NCBI RefSeq assembly: GCF_963921235.1
Contig: NC_086097.1
Location: 110,796,001 to 110,860,000 of the forward strand
Source: Mobula hypostoma
Lineage: Eukaryota
Direction of reading: 5' to 3'
DNA: 64,000 nt
Under the pieces are notes generated by a model. The model was not told where the DNA came from. It ran no database searches and worked only from the letters and a program-made list of their open reading frames with translations. This document shows, in pieces, positions 53,921 through 64,000 of the stretch; position 1 is the stretch's first letter, and every line of letters begins with the position of its first letter. Both the position numbers and the translations under genes were made by a program.

Positions 53921-54321
53921 CTGCAAAAATTACATCATGTTAAACAGAGGAAATCCGTCTCATGTATCTGCAAATCCAAATATGGCGAGAAAAGACAGAA
54001 CAGATTTAACAGGCAACAGTTAACTTATCTATCAGGAGGAATGCGGTAAAATACAAGAAATTAAATTGTTCACTGTTTCCGGCTCAAATCAAAGAAATTA
54101 TTAAATTAAGCGATTATCCCAGAGCTGACACCCATTCCGCACTGGCATTCGATTTACTTTCAATCTGGAATTATCAAGCAAAAATCTCATAACAAAGAAA
54201 TTAACTTTCCCAGGCTGGAAGTGCCACGGGGTGAGAGGAATGGAGCTGTTACATGGGAGGTTTCAGAGCCAGAAAGTGTGGGGTCGCTTTCTAACCTGCC
54301 GATTCCCCCTGTCCTACTTAC

Positions 54322-54497
54322 CACCGGGTGTTGTCGTGGAAATGCTCCAGCACCGAATACCCGAAGAAAGTCCCGCTAGTTCCCTGAAAAACGACTGGGT
54401 GTTCCAGATCAATGTTGTACGTATGCACCAAACCAAACCAAATAAAAGGCACGCAGAGTTTTAACAACTTCATATCTTCCCCAAGCAGCCCATCCAT
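54322..54497 (-). CDS. ITGA9: Integrin alpha-9, coding exon 1 (signal peptide and start of beta-propeller)
   Basis: Minus-strand translation is MDGLLGEDMKLLKLCVPFIWFGLVHT-YNIDLEHPVVFQGTSGTFFGYSVLEHFHDNTR(W), matching the ITGA9 mature N-terminus (human YNLD...FFGYAVLEHFHDNTRW, recalled). The first in-frame ATG (54497) is in GGAATGG context with an in-frame TGA upstream; a second ATG is at 54473. Donor TG|GTAAGT at 54321, phase 2. Confidence 0.95.
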
Positions 54498-55352
54498 TCC
54501 CCCACTTCACCGGAAGCAAGGAAAATAAAAACTCCCTGAAGCGAAGGGAAATCGACTCTCGCCAACCAGATACAATTAAATCCTGAAGGTGCCGCAACTA
54601 TTATGGCCAGTTGGCAACGCTGCTGTTGTCCGGCTCTGATGGACTCGCGCTAAATGCCGTCTGCACCACGGTCCTTAACCTCTGATCATCTGACTGGGAG
54701 TGGACTGGAGATACCAGAATCCAAACAGAGAGCAAAGGCACCACACACAGGCGAGTGGGGGAAGTGTCTTCTTAAAGTACTGTAGATAGATTACGCGCCA
54801 ATGAAGATGAAGCATTGTAAAAGGGTTCACAATCCCTTCATTCAGTTCCAAAAAAATAACATGCCTTTTAAAAATATTCCTAGTCAGTCTTCTTAAAAGC
54901 TGGATCTCTCTTACTGAAAATCATAACAAAATAACCAGCATTTGGAGTGAATGACGAGCGCAAAGAAATTAGCGTTAGGAAAGTATTGGAGAAATTAATG
55001 CTTAAAATGTGGTCATTTCCCAGGACCAAATAAACTGCTTTCACGGTTTTGAGGGAGGTGCTCGTTTTTTTTCAAATTGCCTTTCCACATTTCCACAAGT
55101 CGGAAGGCACACATCCAGGATGTGCTCTCTTCTCGCTGCTGCCATTAGGAAAAGGATACAGGAGCCTTAGGACTCCCACCACCAGGTTCAGAAACAGTTA
55201 CTACCCCGCAACCATCATACTCTTGAACCAAAAGGGGATAACTGCACTCATCTTCACTTGAACCATCATTGAAATGCACCCACAACGAATTATGTCACTT
55301 TCAACGACTTTTCATTTCATGTTCTTGATATTTATTGCTAATGTATTTATTA

Positions 55353-58152
55353 TTTTTTTTCTCAGCTCAGGCTGGTAAAACCTGAGGTATGGGCATCACG
55401 AAGCACAGTCATTTCTCAATGGTTAGGAACTTTCAGACTATTCCAGTGATGTTTAGTATTGTGGCTTTCTGATGATTTACATAGATATTACCGTGTAGCC
55501 CTTATTGTTTAAAGCTATTGTGTAGTGCCTTTGGGATGATACCAGTTGTAGATATTACTACCGGAGACAATGTATACCCTGTTCATGTTCCAAAGTCTTT
55601 CAATTTCCTCTTTTAATTCAGCATATATCTGGTGTTTTTCACTTACAGATTTCTGTAGGTTATGTGTGTTTAGAATGGTTATATCTATTAAGTAAGTTGT
55701 TCGAGCTTGTTTATCCTGTACTATTACATCCAGACAGTTATTATGGATTATCATATATGTAATAACTGATCAGCCATAACATAATTTGTGGTATTCTGAC
55801 TCTAAAACTGGATTAGGCGTGTATGTATAGTAAAGTGTGATTTCATTTATGAGTTTGTATTTTAAAGCAAGATTTTGATGAATGATGTTTGCCACTTGAC
55901 TGTGTAAGTAATCAGATTGTGTTAAACTGCTACAGGATCATGTAATGTATTGGCTTGTTTCTGTTTTTTCTCAGTATTTCTGCATTTATCATCTTGAATT
56001 TGTTGGTCTTTTATTATGTAGTTTTGATCAGTTTTTGTGTTAACTATGTTGTCCTGTATTGTCACAAGGAACCCTTGTGTTACTGGAAAAAGGTCTCCAA
56101 CTCTAAGCCAGTCATCCAAAGCTTCCTTGTCAACACATAGTCTGCTCAGATTCTGGGGATGTCTTCCATGGAGGGTCATGCTCTTCCATTGGTTAACTTT
56201 TTCTTCAATAGTGATAATGTCTTAACTTTTCTGGGTTGTGCTCTCATTTAAGTTTAGTGGTATGTACTTCTTATCAGAATTGCATATGCTTACATGGAAT
56301 GCTGATTCCTGTTTTTGTTGATGAAAGTATTTCCTTAGAAGATTTATCTGAGTGTTGTGTAGATTTTTAATGTCTGTTATTGATCTTCCCCCCTTCTGTC
56401 CTAAGTAGTGTGAAACTAAGTGCGTTCAAATGTACATAATGTTTTCTGAAATTTGTCATTTCAGTTCTTATTTTCTTTGTAAATTTTCCAGATACAGTAG
56501 GTTTCACACCAAGATATCATGCCAATAGAATACATTAATTTAGGAATCGTGCAAGTATTTCTTGCCTTTGTTATAGTTTTACTGTTGAGCTCTGTTTCGT
56601 AGATTTTCTTAAGTCTTGAAGTAAATTCTGTCAAAAGTTTTTACCTTATTGCACTATGATCTGTTTACTTTGCTTGTTGATATCCCAGATGCTTATGTTT
56701 CATATTCATCCATCAGTTGTATTGTATCCTGCTGCTCCATTTTCTATTCTACTAGCTCTATTGCACCTTTCTCTATGTTTAATGTACTGCACTTATCTAG
56801 TCCAAAGTTCATGTTCATATCTTTCGAAAATAGTTCTACTATGTGAATTAATTGCTTTAGCTTAACTGATGAAGGAGCATGTAAATTTCAAATGATCCAT
56901 AAAAAGGTGTGCTAAGGTATAGATCATTTCGTTGTTTGTGATTTGATACCCAATTTTCATCTGATTCAGTAAATTAGAGTGCAGGTTTAAAGCTAGACAG
57001 AAAAATAGTGGACTTAGCGAGTCCCCTTAGAACTGTGTACACATATCTATTGATGCCTCTGGACACATCTTCAGTGATGTTCCTGGAATCATCGGGTGTT
57101 TCAGGTCTTTCAACGTCATACAACCTCCTTTAAAGCTAGACAGAACCATAGTGGACTTAGGGAGTCGCCTTGGAAAATGCCTCTGTTTATTTTGATAATG
57201 GTGGTTGTTCTCTTTTGGTTGTTAATAGATAGGGGGATTATAGTACGCCAATGCTTCAGCGGGTGTTGCAGGAATTTCACAAGTATTGAGTGTAGCTTCT
57301 ATATATTAATAACTTCTATTAACATTCTATTCTATTCTATTAATATTCTATGGGACAGAATCAAATACCTTTTGCTATTCAATATAGCAACATGAAAAGC
57401 CTGACTTTTCCACCTGGCTAAATTTAGAATTATGGAATCTATTATCAATTGTTCTTTACATCTTTTCATACCCTTATGGCATCCTTTCTGTTCCTTTGTG
57501 GTTATTTATCTAAGTGAGTGCTGACTGGTTGTGAGTCCATGATGTTACAATTTATATAAGGTTTGTAAACAAGTAATAGGATGATATTTTGATGGATCTT
57601 TAATGATTTCCTTTTTAGATGAAAGATATGTTTTACCTATTCTTGAAAATTCAGACACACTTTCAGGATTTTTAAGAAAATTGATGAAATGCATTAATAG
57701 GTACAAATAAAGGCAAGTGAATTTTCTATACCAATAATTTTGAACACCATCACTTCCAGTACTTTTCCAATTGTGGGTATTTTTTAAAATCTGTTTCAGT
57801 GTATCCATTGTAACTTCAGGATCATGTGTGTGTGTCTTTTTACCTCCCTAACCCAGTTTGCTTCTTGATTGTGCATCTCCCTGTTTGACCAGATATTAGA
57901 CCAAAGGTTCATTATCTTTCTGTTTGTTGGTAATTCTGTGCTGGGGTTGGTGACATTTTAGTGCATCCAATTTAATTTCAATGTCCTATATAAACTTTTT
58001 TCATTGTTTCTGAACTGGTAATTCTGTTTTCTTCGTCCAGTGCATTTCATGCATCTATTTGGTCTGGCTTTGTATCCACTTAGCTTTTGTTTTAGTGTAT
58101 GTATCTATAAACTCTACTGTGCTTTTGTTAGGCTGATCTTATCTTGTATGGA
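55353..58152 (-). mobile_element. R4/Dong-clade non-LTR retrotransposon (RT plus restriction-like endonuclease), degenerate and 5'-truncated
   Basis: WKSTGSDGVQNYWYRK, YHPITCLQTLYK, RGIFQGDSLSPLWFCLAL, HLFMDHLK, and the RLE-like HNN.LDVI...YLIDIT...EK..YAEL. Poly-A (T8 at 55353-55360) at the 3' end and (TAA)n at the 5' flank. Confidence 0.8.
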
Positions 58153-58984
58153 CCTTATTATTATTATTATTATTATTTCTTTTTGTACTTCCACAGTTTA
58201 TTATGTTTTGCACACTGGTTCAACGCCCAAGTTGCTGCGGTCTTTATTCTGCCATGGTTATTATTCTATAGACTTATTGAGCATACCCACAGGAAAATGA
58301 ATCTCAGGGTTTTACATGGTGACAGATATGTACTTTGATAATAAATTTACTTTGAACTTTTGAACCTGAACAGCTCCACTACTTCAAGAGGGAAGGGGAG
58401 AGTAGTGATCAACGTTAATCGACATGTACAGACATTAGGAATTTGTTGTGGTGTGTTGCTCAGGACACAGCATGCAACAAAAAACAACAACATTCAACTA
58501 TCATAGATAATGTTAAAAATTCATAAAGAAATATATAAAAATAAAGGTTAAAGGACAGATATGGAATATAATATGCATAGATACAATGTAAGCAGCATTA
58601 TCAATATGGTTTAAATTGTCTACAGTACACTGCATGATGGGGCAATAGATCAAGGGAGGTGGTGGGGGGTTAACTAGAATGGTTGATCAGATTAACTGCC
58701 TGGGAAGAAGAAACTTTTAAGATGGTGTGAGATATTTGTTTTAATAGTCTTATAATGCTTTTCAGAAGGAAACTTTTGGAAAAGGCAGTTTTCAGGGTGG
58801 GTAATGTCTACAATGACTTTTTTTCCTGTCCACTTCTTTGCCCTGGACACATACAAGCTACAGTGAACTAACTGGTCAGCCAAACAGCAACAGAAGGGAA
58901 AATGTGGAAATATACTGTATCAGTAAGAAAGTGGAAATGCGACAATTCATAGGATCAGCAAAGCACAGGCTCTTTGGCCGATCA

Positions 58985-59890
58985 CATCCATTGCCATCCT
59001 TAAGAATGATGACAAGATGGAGTATAGAGAGGAAGTGGAGTGGCTGGTGGATTGGTGTGAAAACAACAACACAAGCCTGAACATGGAAAAGACAATAGGA
59101 ATCATTGTGGATGTCAGGAAGGTGCAGATGAACCATCCCCCTCTGTGAATACATGGCTTCTCTGTAGAGAGAGTTAAGTGCACCAAGTTCTTGGGAGTTC
59201 ACATCATGGATGACCTCATCTGGTCCCATAATATCACCTCCCAGAACAAGAAGGTACAGCAGCACCTGCACTTCCTAAGCAGATTGAGGCAAGCAAGGCT
59301 CCCACCACCCATCTTAACTGTGTTTTACAGGAGCACCATTGACAGCATCCTGACAAGTTGCATCTCTATCTGGTATGGGAGCAGTCGAGCATCAGACCAG
59401 AAGTCCATACAAAGGACTGTGAGGACAGCTGAGAGGATCATAGCGGTCTTCCTACCATCCATCAGGAACATTTATCAGGAGCACTGCTTACACAGGGCCC
59501 TTAGTATTATTAAGGATCCCACCCATCCATCCAGCATCATCTTTGACTTTCTACCATCAGGCAAGAGACTCCGATGCATAAAAGCAGGAACAGTCAGAAT
59601 GGGAAACAGCTTCTTCCCCCAGGCCATTAGGCTTCTGCACTCCGGGGCACATCCTATTCAAAGTGTCATTGGTTAATCTGCTCCATACCTCATGATATTT
59701 AATATTAATGCACTTCAGGTTGTTATTTATTTGTGATTCATCTCTAGAATTTATCCTAAACTTCATAAGTTATCATGTGTTGTGTTTACTACTGTACTTT
59801 ACCCCTGGTTCAGAGAACCGTTATACATTACATACATGTATACAGTTAAATGACAGTAAGATTGACTTGCCACAACTTGACTTGACCTAT
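58985..59890 (+). mobile_element. Rex1/Babar LINE 3' fragment; a reverse fragment lies at 58400-58850
   Basis: ORF 59191-59676 includes QHLHFLSRLRQ, FYRSTIDSILT and NSFFPQAIRLL; ACTTGACTTGAC tail. Confidence 0.85.
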
Positions 59891-60519
59891 GCTCACCTAG
59901 GATAATCCGATCTGCCTGTGTCTTTCTGCAGCCTGCCTACTGAAATGCATCTTAAACACACCAGTTGTATCAGTCTCCATTATCTCCTCTGGCAGTGCTT
60001 TTGAGATGTTAAGCACTCTGTGTGTGCAAAGATATCTTCCCCATCAGATTTTCAACTTTGGTAGTGTAACATCCTTATATCCTTCCACATTTCTGCTCAG
60101 TAAGGCATGTCTGTAATGAGTTTATATGTTCTCTCCTTGATAGCATGAGTTTCCTCTGGGTGCTCCAGTTTCCTTCCACAGTCCAAAGACATAATGGTGT
60201 TAGGTTAATTGGTCATGGTAAAGTGTCTCGCAATTAGGCTAGGATTAAATCAGAGGACTGCTGGACAACCTGGCTCAAAGGACCATCTCCATACTGTTTC
60301 TTAATAAATAAATTCCCCTTAAATCCCTTCATATCATGGGAAAAGGATTTTGACTATCTGCCCTATCTACATAAAGTCATCTTAAATACTACTGCCAGGT
60401 TGACGGTATCAGACATCCTGTGCGATCATCCAGTGAGGTGAGGTGATATGGGCCACTTCTTCAGAACAAAGACTATCATCCTCGACCTCGAGGGATCGCC
60501 ACGACGATGAGTTGATCTT

Positions 60520-62430
60520 AGAATGTAAGAAGGGGACATCACCTTGATAGAATTGCATTGTATGCCCCCAGCCGTTAGCAAGAACTAGTGGAGCTGGTAT
60601 GCATGAAGCTAGGTGTAACGGTAGGTTATTTCAACTTCCCTAATGTTAATTGGGGCTGACATGGTGATAATGTTTGGATGGGGCAGAATTTAAGTGTGTC
60701 CGGGAAATTTTTCTCAAGTTATATGTAAATGGATGTACAAGACAGAAGGAAAACACTGGACTTCCTATTGAGAAATGAAGCAGGACAAGTCTGAAATGTC
60801 AGGAGTGGCGGGGTGGGGGGAAGCACTTCGGGACCAGTGACCATAATTTGACTAGTTTTTAAATACTTAAGGAAAAGGATACAACTGGTCCTTAAGTCCG
60901 AAGATCGAAGCTGTGTAATTTATTGTGAGGTACACACACAAAAAACACTAAAGGAACTCAGCAGATCATGCAGCATCAATGGAGAGGAATAAAGAGGCGA
61001 GGCGTTGGGCCAAGACATTGGCTAATATTGTGCTTTTAATTAAGAAGAACTGCAAGGAACAGCCAGGAAACTGTAGGAAGTGAGTCTAATGACAGTGATG
61101 GAAAAGTTACTGGAGAGGATTCTGAGGGACAGAATCTATCTGCATTTGGAAAGGCAAGGACCGATTAGGGGATAGTCAGTATCACTTTGTTTATGAGACA
61201 TCATGTCTCTGGAATCTGACTGAGTTTTTTAAAGAAATGATGAAGAGACTTGACAAGGGCAGGGTTGATGACCAAGAGAAGTTGTCTACATGGGCTTTAG
61301 CAGGGACTTTGACAAGGTCTCACTTGTATTGCTGGTCCAGAAGGTGAGATCACCAGGGATTCCAAAAGAAGCAGACAATTGAATACAACTGAACAAGAGA
61401 AAATATGCAAATACTGGAAATTCAAGCAACACACACAAAATGCTGGAGGAACTCAGCAGGCCAGGCAGCATCTATGGAAAAAAGTTCAGTCGACATTTCG
61501 GGCTGGAACCCTTTGGCAGGACTGGAGGAAAAAAGCCAAGGAGTAGATTTGAAAGGTTGGGGTAAGGGAGAGAGAAACGCCAGGAGATAGGTGAAATTTG
61601 GAGGGGGAGGAATGAAGCAAAGAGCTAGGAAGTTGAATGGTGAAAGAGGCAAAAGGCCATGGAAGAAAGAAGAAAGGAGGGGGGTGGGAGGAGCAACAGA
61701 GGGAGGCGATGGGTGGGCAAGGTGATAACATGAAAGAGGGACAAGGGGATGGGAAATGGTGAGGCGGGGTGAAGGCATTACTGGAAGTTTGAGAAATCGA
61801 TGTTCATACCATCAGGTTGGAGGCTACCCAAATGGAATATAAGGTGTTGTTCCTCCAGCCTTAGTGTGGCGTTATCCCAACAATGGAGGAAGTCATGGAT
61901 GGACGTATCAGAATGGGAATGAATTAAAATAGGTGGCCACTGGGAGATCCCGCTTGTTCTGGCGGACAGAGCATAGATGCGTGGCGAAGCTATTTCCCAA
62001 TCTCCCAATCTACCTCACTAATATACAAGAGGCCACACCGGAAGCAGCAAACTGGGTATATGACCTCAACAGTGTTGCCTCACCTGGAAGGACTGTTTGG
62101 GGCCCTGAATGGTAGTGAGGGAGGAGGTGTAGGGGCAGGTGAAGCACTTATTCCACTTGCAAGGATAAGTGCCAGGAGGGAGATCAGTGGGGAAGGAATA
62201 CAATATTTGCTTGGTGTGGGAGTTAGAAGGTGGTAGTTGATGGTTGCTTTTCAGATTGGAGCCCTTTGTCCACTGCTATGCTGCAGGGATCAGTGCTGAG
62301 TCCCATGATTTTGTCATCAATATTAACAATTTGGATGAGAACATAGTTACCAGATGATATTTGGTAAGTTTGCAGATAATATCAATCATTGGTGATTCAG
62401 AAGTCAGCAAAGTAAGTTCTCTAGGATTAT
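60520..62430 (+). mobile_element. Old CR1 fragments interrupted by PLE pieces
   Basis: GACCAGTGACCATAAT (SDHN), GATAGTCAGTATCACTTTG (SQH) and GTAAGTTTGCAGATAAT (FAD) remnants. Confidence 0.6.
61390..62200 (-). mobile_element. Penelope-like element 3' fragment
   Basis: RLEEQHLIFHLGSLQPDGMNIDFSNF plus the terminal module at 61390-61525. Confidence 0.85.
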
Positions 62431-63364
62431 AACATGGGAGTTCCCAACCTGGGGTCCATGGACTCCTTGATTAATGGTATTGTTACATGGCATAAATAAA
62501 GGCTGTGATGGCCATTATTTAAGTTTCCTGTAATTTGATTGTTAGTGGGCTGACTCACTTGGTCTGCCTTCTTCTTTTCTCTGTGACCAGCAATCGTGAA
62601 CGCTCGCCTGCATTTTACCAGACACACGCTGGGCTCCAAGCTCATTCTACATTTGCATTCCAGGAGACAGGAATGACCAGAATCCTGGCTACTGGGTGCA
62701 TTTATGAGACACACTGTAACTATGTTTCAACTTTGTAAAAATCCTTCTGAAGAAATAAAACTCACTCAGTGTGTTGAAAATACCCTATGTTATGAAAAGT
62801 TCACTCCCCGAGTGTTCCAATCTCCCTCCAAAATCAAGTTTCAAATCCCTAATTTGTGTATTCCCAAATCACCAATTTCTTCGAAAATGTGGGTGTCTAT
62901 TTAATATTTCAATAATATTTGAGAAATCAGTAGGTCCAGCATCGTGGGGACATGATAGGCTGAAACAACTATAACTTGATTGGGGATCCATCCACAACTT
63001 GCATACCACATCCCCTGCAATGAAGCCATCTGGGACTCAATTGTGAAAAGTACCATATAACCACATAACAATTACAGCACGGAAACAAGCCATCTCGACC
63101 CTTCTAGTCCGTGCCGAACTCTTACTCTCACCTAGTCCCACCGACCTGCACTCAGCCCATAACCCTCCTTGCCTTTCCTGTCCATATATCTATCCAATTT
63201 AGCTTTAAATGACAACATCGAACCTGCCTCAACCACTTCTGCTGGAAGCTCGTTCCACACAGCTACCACTCTCTGAGTAAAGATGTTCCCCGTCATGTTA
63301 CCCCTAAACTTTTGCCCTTTAACTCTCAACTCATGTCCTCTTGTTTGAATTGTTAATTGTTGAA

Positions 63365-63645
63365 TTGTGGGAGGGGGAGGGGGAGATCCAAAATGATAGG
63401 AGAAATCAGGAGGGGGAGGGATAGAGCCAAGAGCTGGACAGTTCATTGGCAAAAGGGATATGAGAGGATCCCACTTTCAAATCTCTTACTAGCTCTTCTT
63501 TCAGTTAGTCCTGATGAAGGGTCTCGGCCCGAAACGTCAACTGTACCTCTTTCTAGAGATGCTGCCTGGCCTGCTGCATTCACCAGCAACTTTGATGTGT
63601 GTTGCTTGAATTTCCAGCATCTGCAGATTTCCTCATGTTTGTGTT
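63365..63645. mobile_element. PLE terminal insertion with a 5' inversion, inside a CR1
   Basis: 63368-63470 matches 33956-34059 in the same orientation, while 63471-63645 is the opposite orientation. Confidence 0.8.
63507..63543 (+). ncRNA. Minimal hammerhead ribozyme motif in a PLE terminal module
   Basis: AGTC-CTGATGA-AGGGTCTCGGCCC-GAAA-CGTC-AACTG; the core is intact, with one stem I mismatch. Confidence 0.65.
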
Positions 63646-64000
63646 CCTATACTCAATGCTCTGATTTATAAAGGCCACCATACCAAAAGCTTTCTTCACC
63701 ACCCTATCCACATGAGATTCCACCTTCAGGGAACTATGCACCATTATTCCTAGATTCCTCTGTTCTACAGCATTCTTCAATGCCCTACCATTTACCATGT
63801 ATGTCCTATTTTGATTAGTCCTACCAAAATGTAGCACCTCACATTTATCAGCATTAAACTCCATCTGCCATCTTTCAGCCCACTCTTCTAACTGACTTAA
63901 ATCTCTCCGCAAGCTTTGAAAACCTACTTCATTATCCACAACGCCACCTATCTTAGTATCATCTGCATACTTACTAATCCAATTTACCACCCCATCATCC

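Larger units (their letters stand above)
53560..54830 (-). promoter_or_regulatory. CpG-enriched promoter/5' UTR/first-exon region of ITGA9
   Basis: CpGs are visibly denser than in the CpG-depleted background, and the stretch around exons 1-2 is repeat-free. Candidate motifs: ETS-like CCGGAAG (~54510), GTTGGCAAC (~54610), and GCGCCAAT (E2F/CCAAT-like, ~54795). The transcription start is not determinable. Confidence 0.55.
63050..64000 (-). mobile_element. CR1 LINE fragment running off the window end
   Basis: SKYADDTKIGG, WAERWQMEFNADKC and FTQRVVAVWNELP; tail (ATATGGTT)n near 63053. Confidence 0.9.

Noticed and set aside
53566..54597. ORFs 53566-53880 (+), 54231-54464 (+) and 54409-54597 (-)
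   Set aside because: Antisense or out-of-frame shadows of ITGA9 exons 1-2 with no recognisable motifs.

Overview
Eukaryotic, vertebrate-type DNA. The repeat landscape (dense CR1, Rex1/Babar, Penelope-like elements, V-SINEs, a DeuSINE-like relic) suggests a cartilaginous fish, probably a ray; that is inference only. The one host gene I can support is the 5' end of integrin alpha-9 (ITGA9) on the minus strand, which the ORF track misses. Its coding exons are exon 1 (54322-54497), exon 2 (53793-53920) and exon 3 (46733-46839), with GT-AG junctions and compatible phases. Positions 1-46732 appear to be intron 3; I found no exon 4. The rest is mostly nested transposon relics: CR1, Rex1/Babar and R4/Dong LINEs, Penelope-like elements (PLEs), Tc1, Tigger/pogo and hAT elements, MITEs, a solo LTR and SINEs. 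The most interesting signal is roughly 19 copies of a PLE terminal module carrying a minimal hammerhead ribozyme (CUGANGA-GGG/CCC-GAAA-CGUC). One intact copy lies in sense orientation inside ITGA9 intron 3. Several short copies have target-site duplications (TSDs) or fold back on themselves at the ribozyme core. PLE hammerheads are already known; the short fold-back derivatives and any effect on the host pre-mRNA are hypotheses. Repeat family names come from visual motif recognition without database searches, and most repeat boundaries are approximate (tens of bp).
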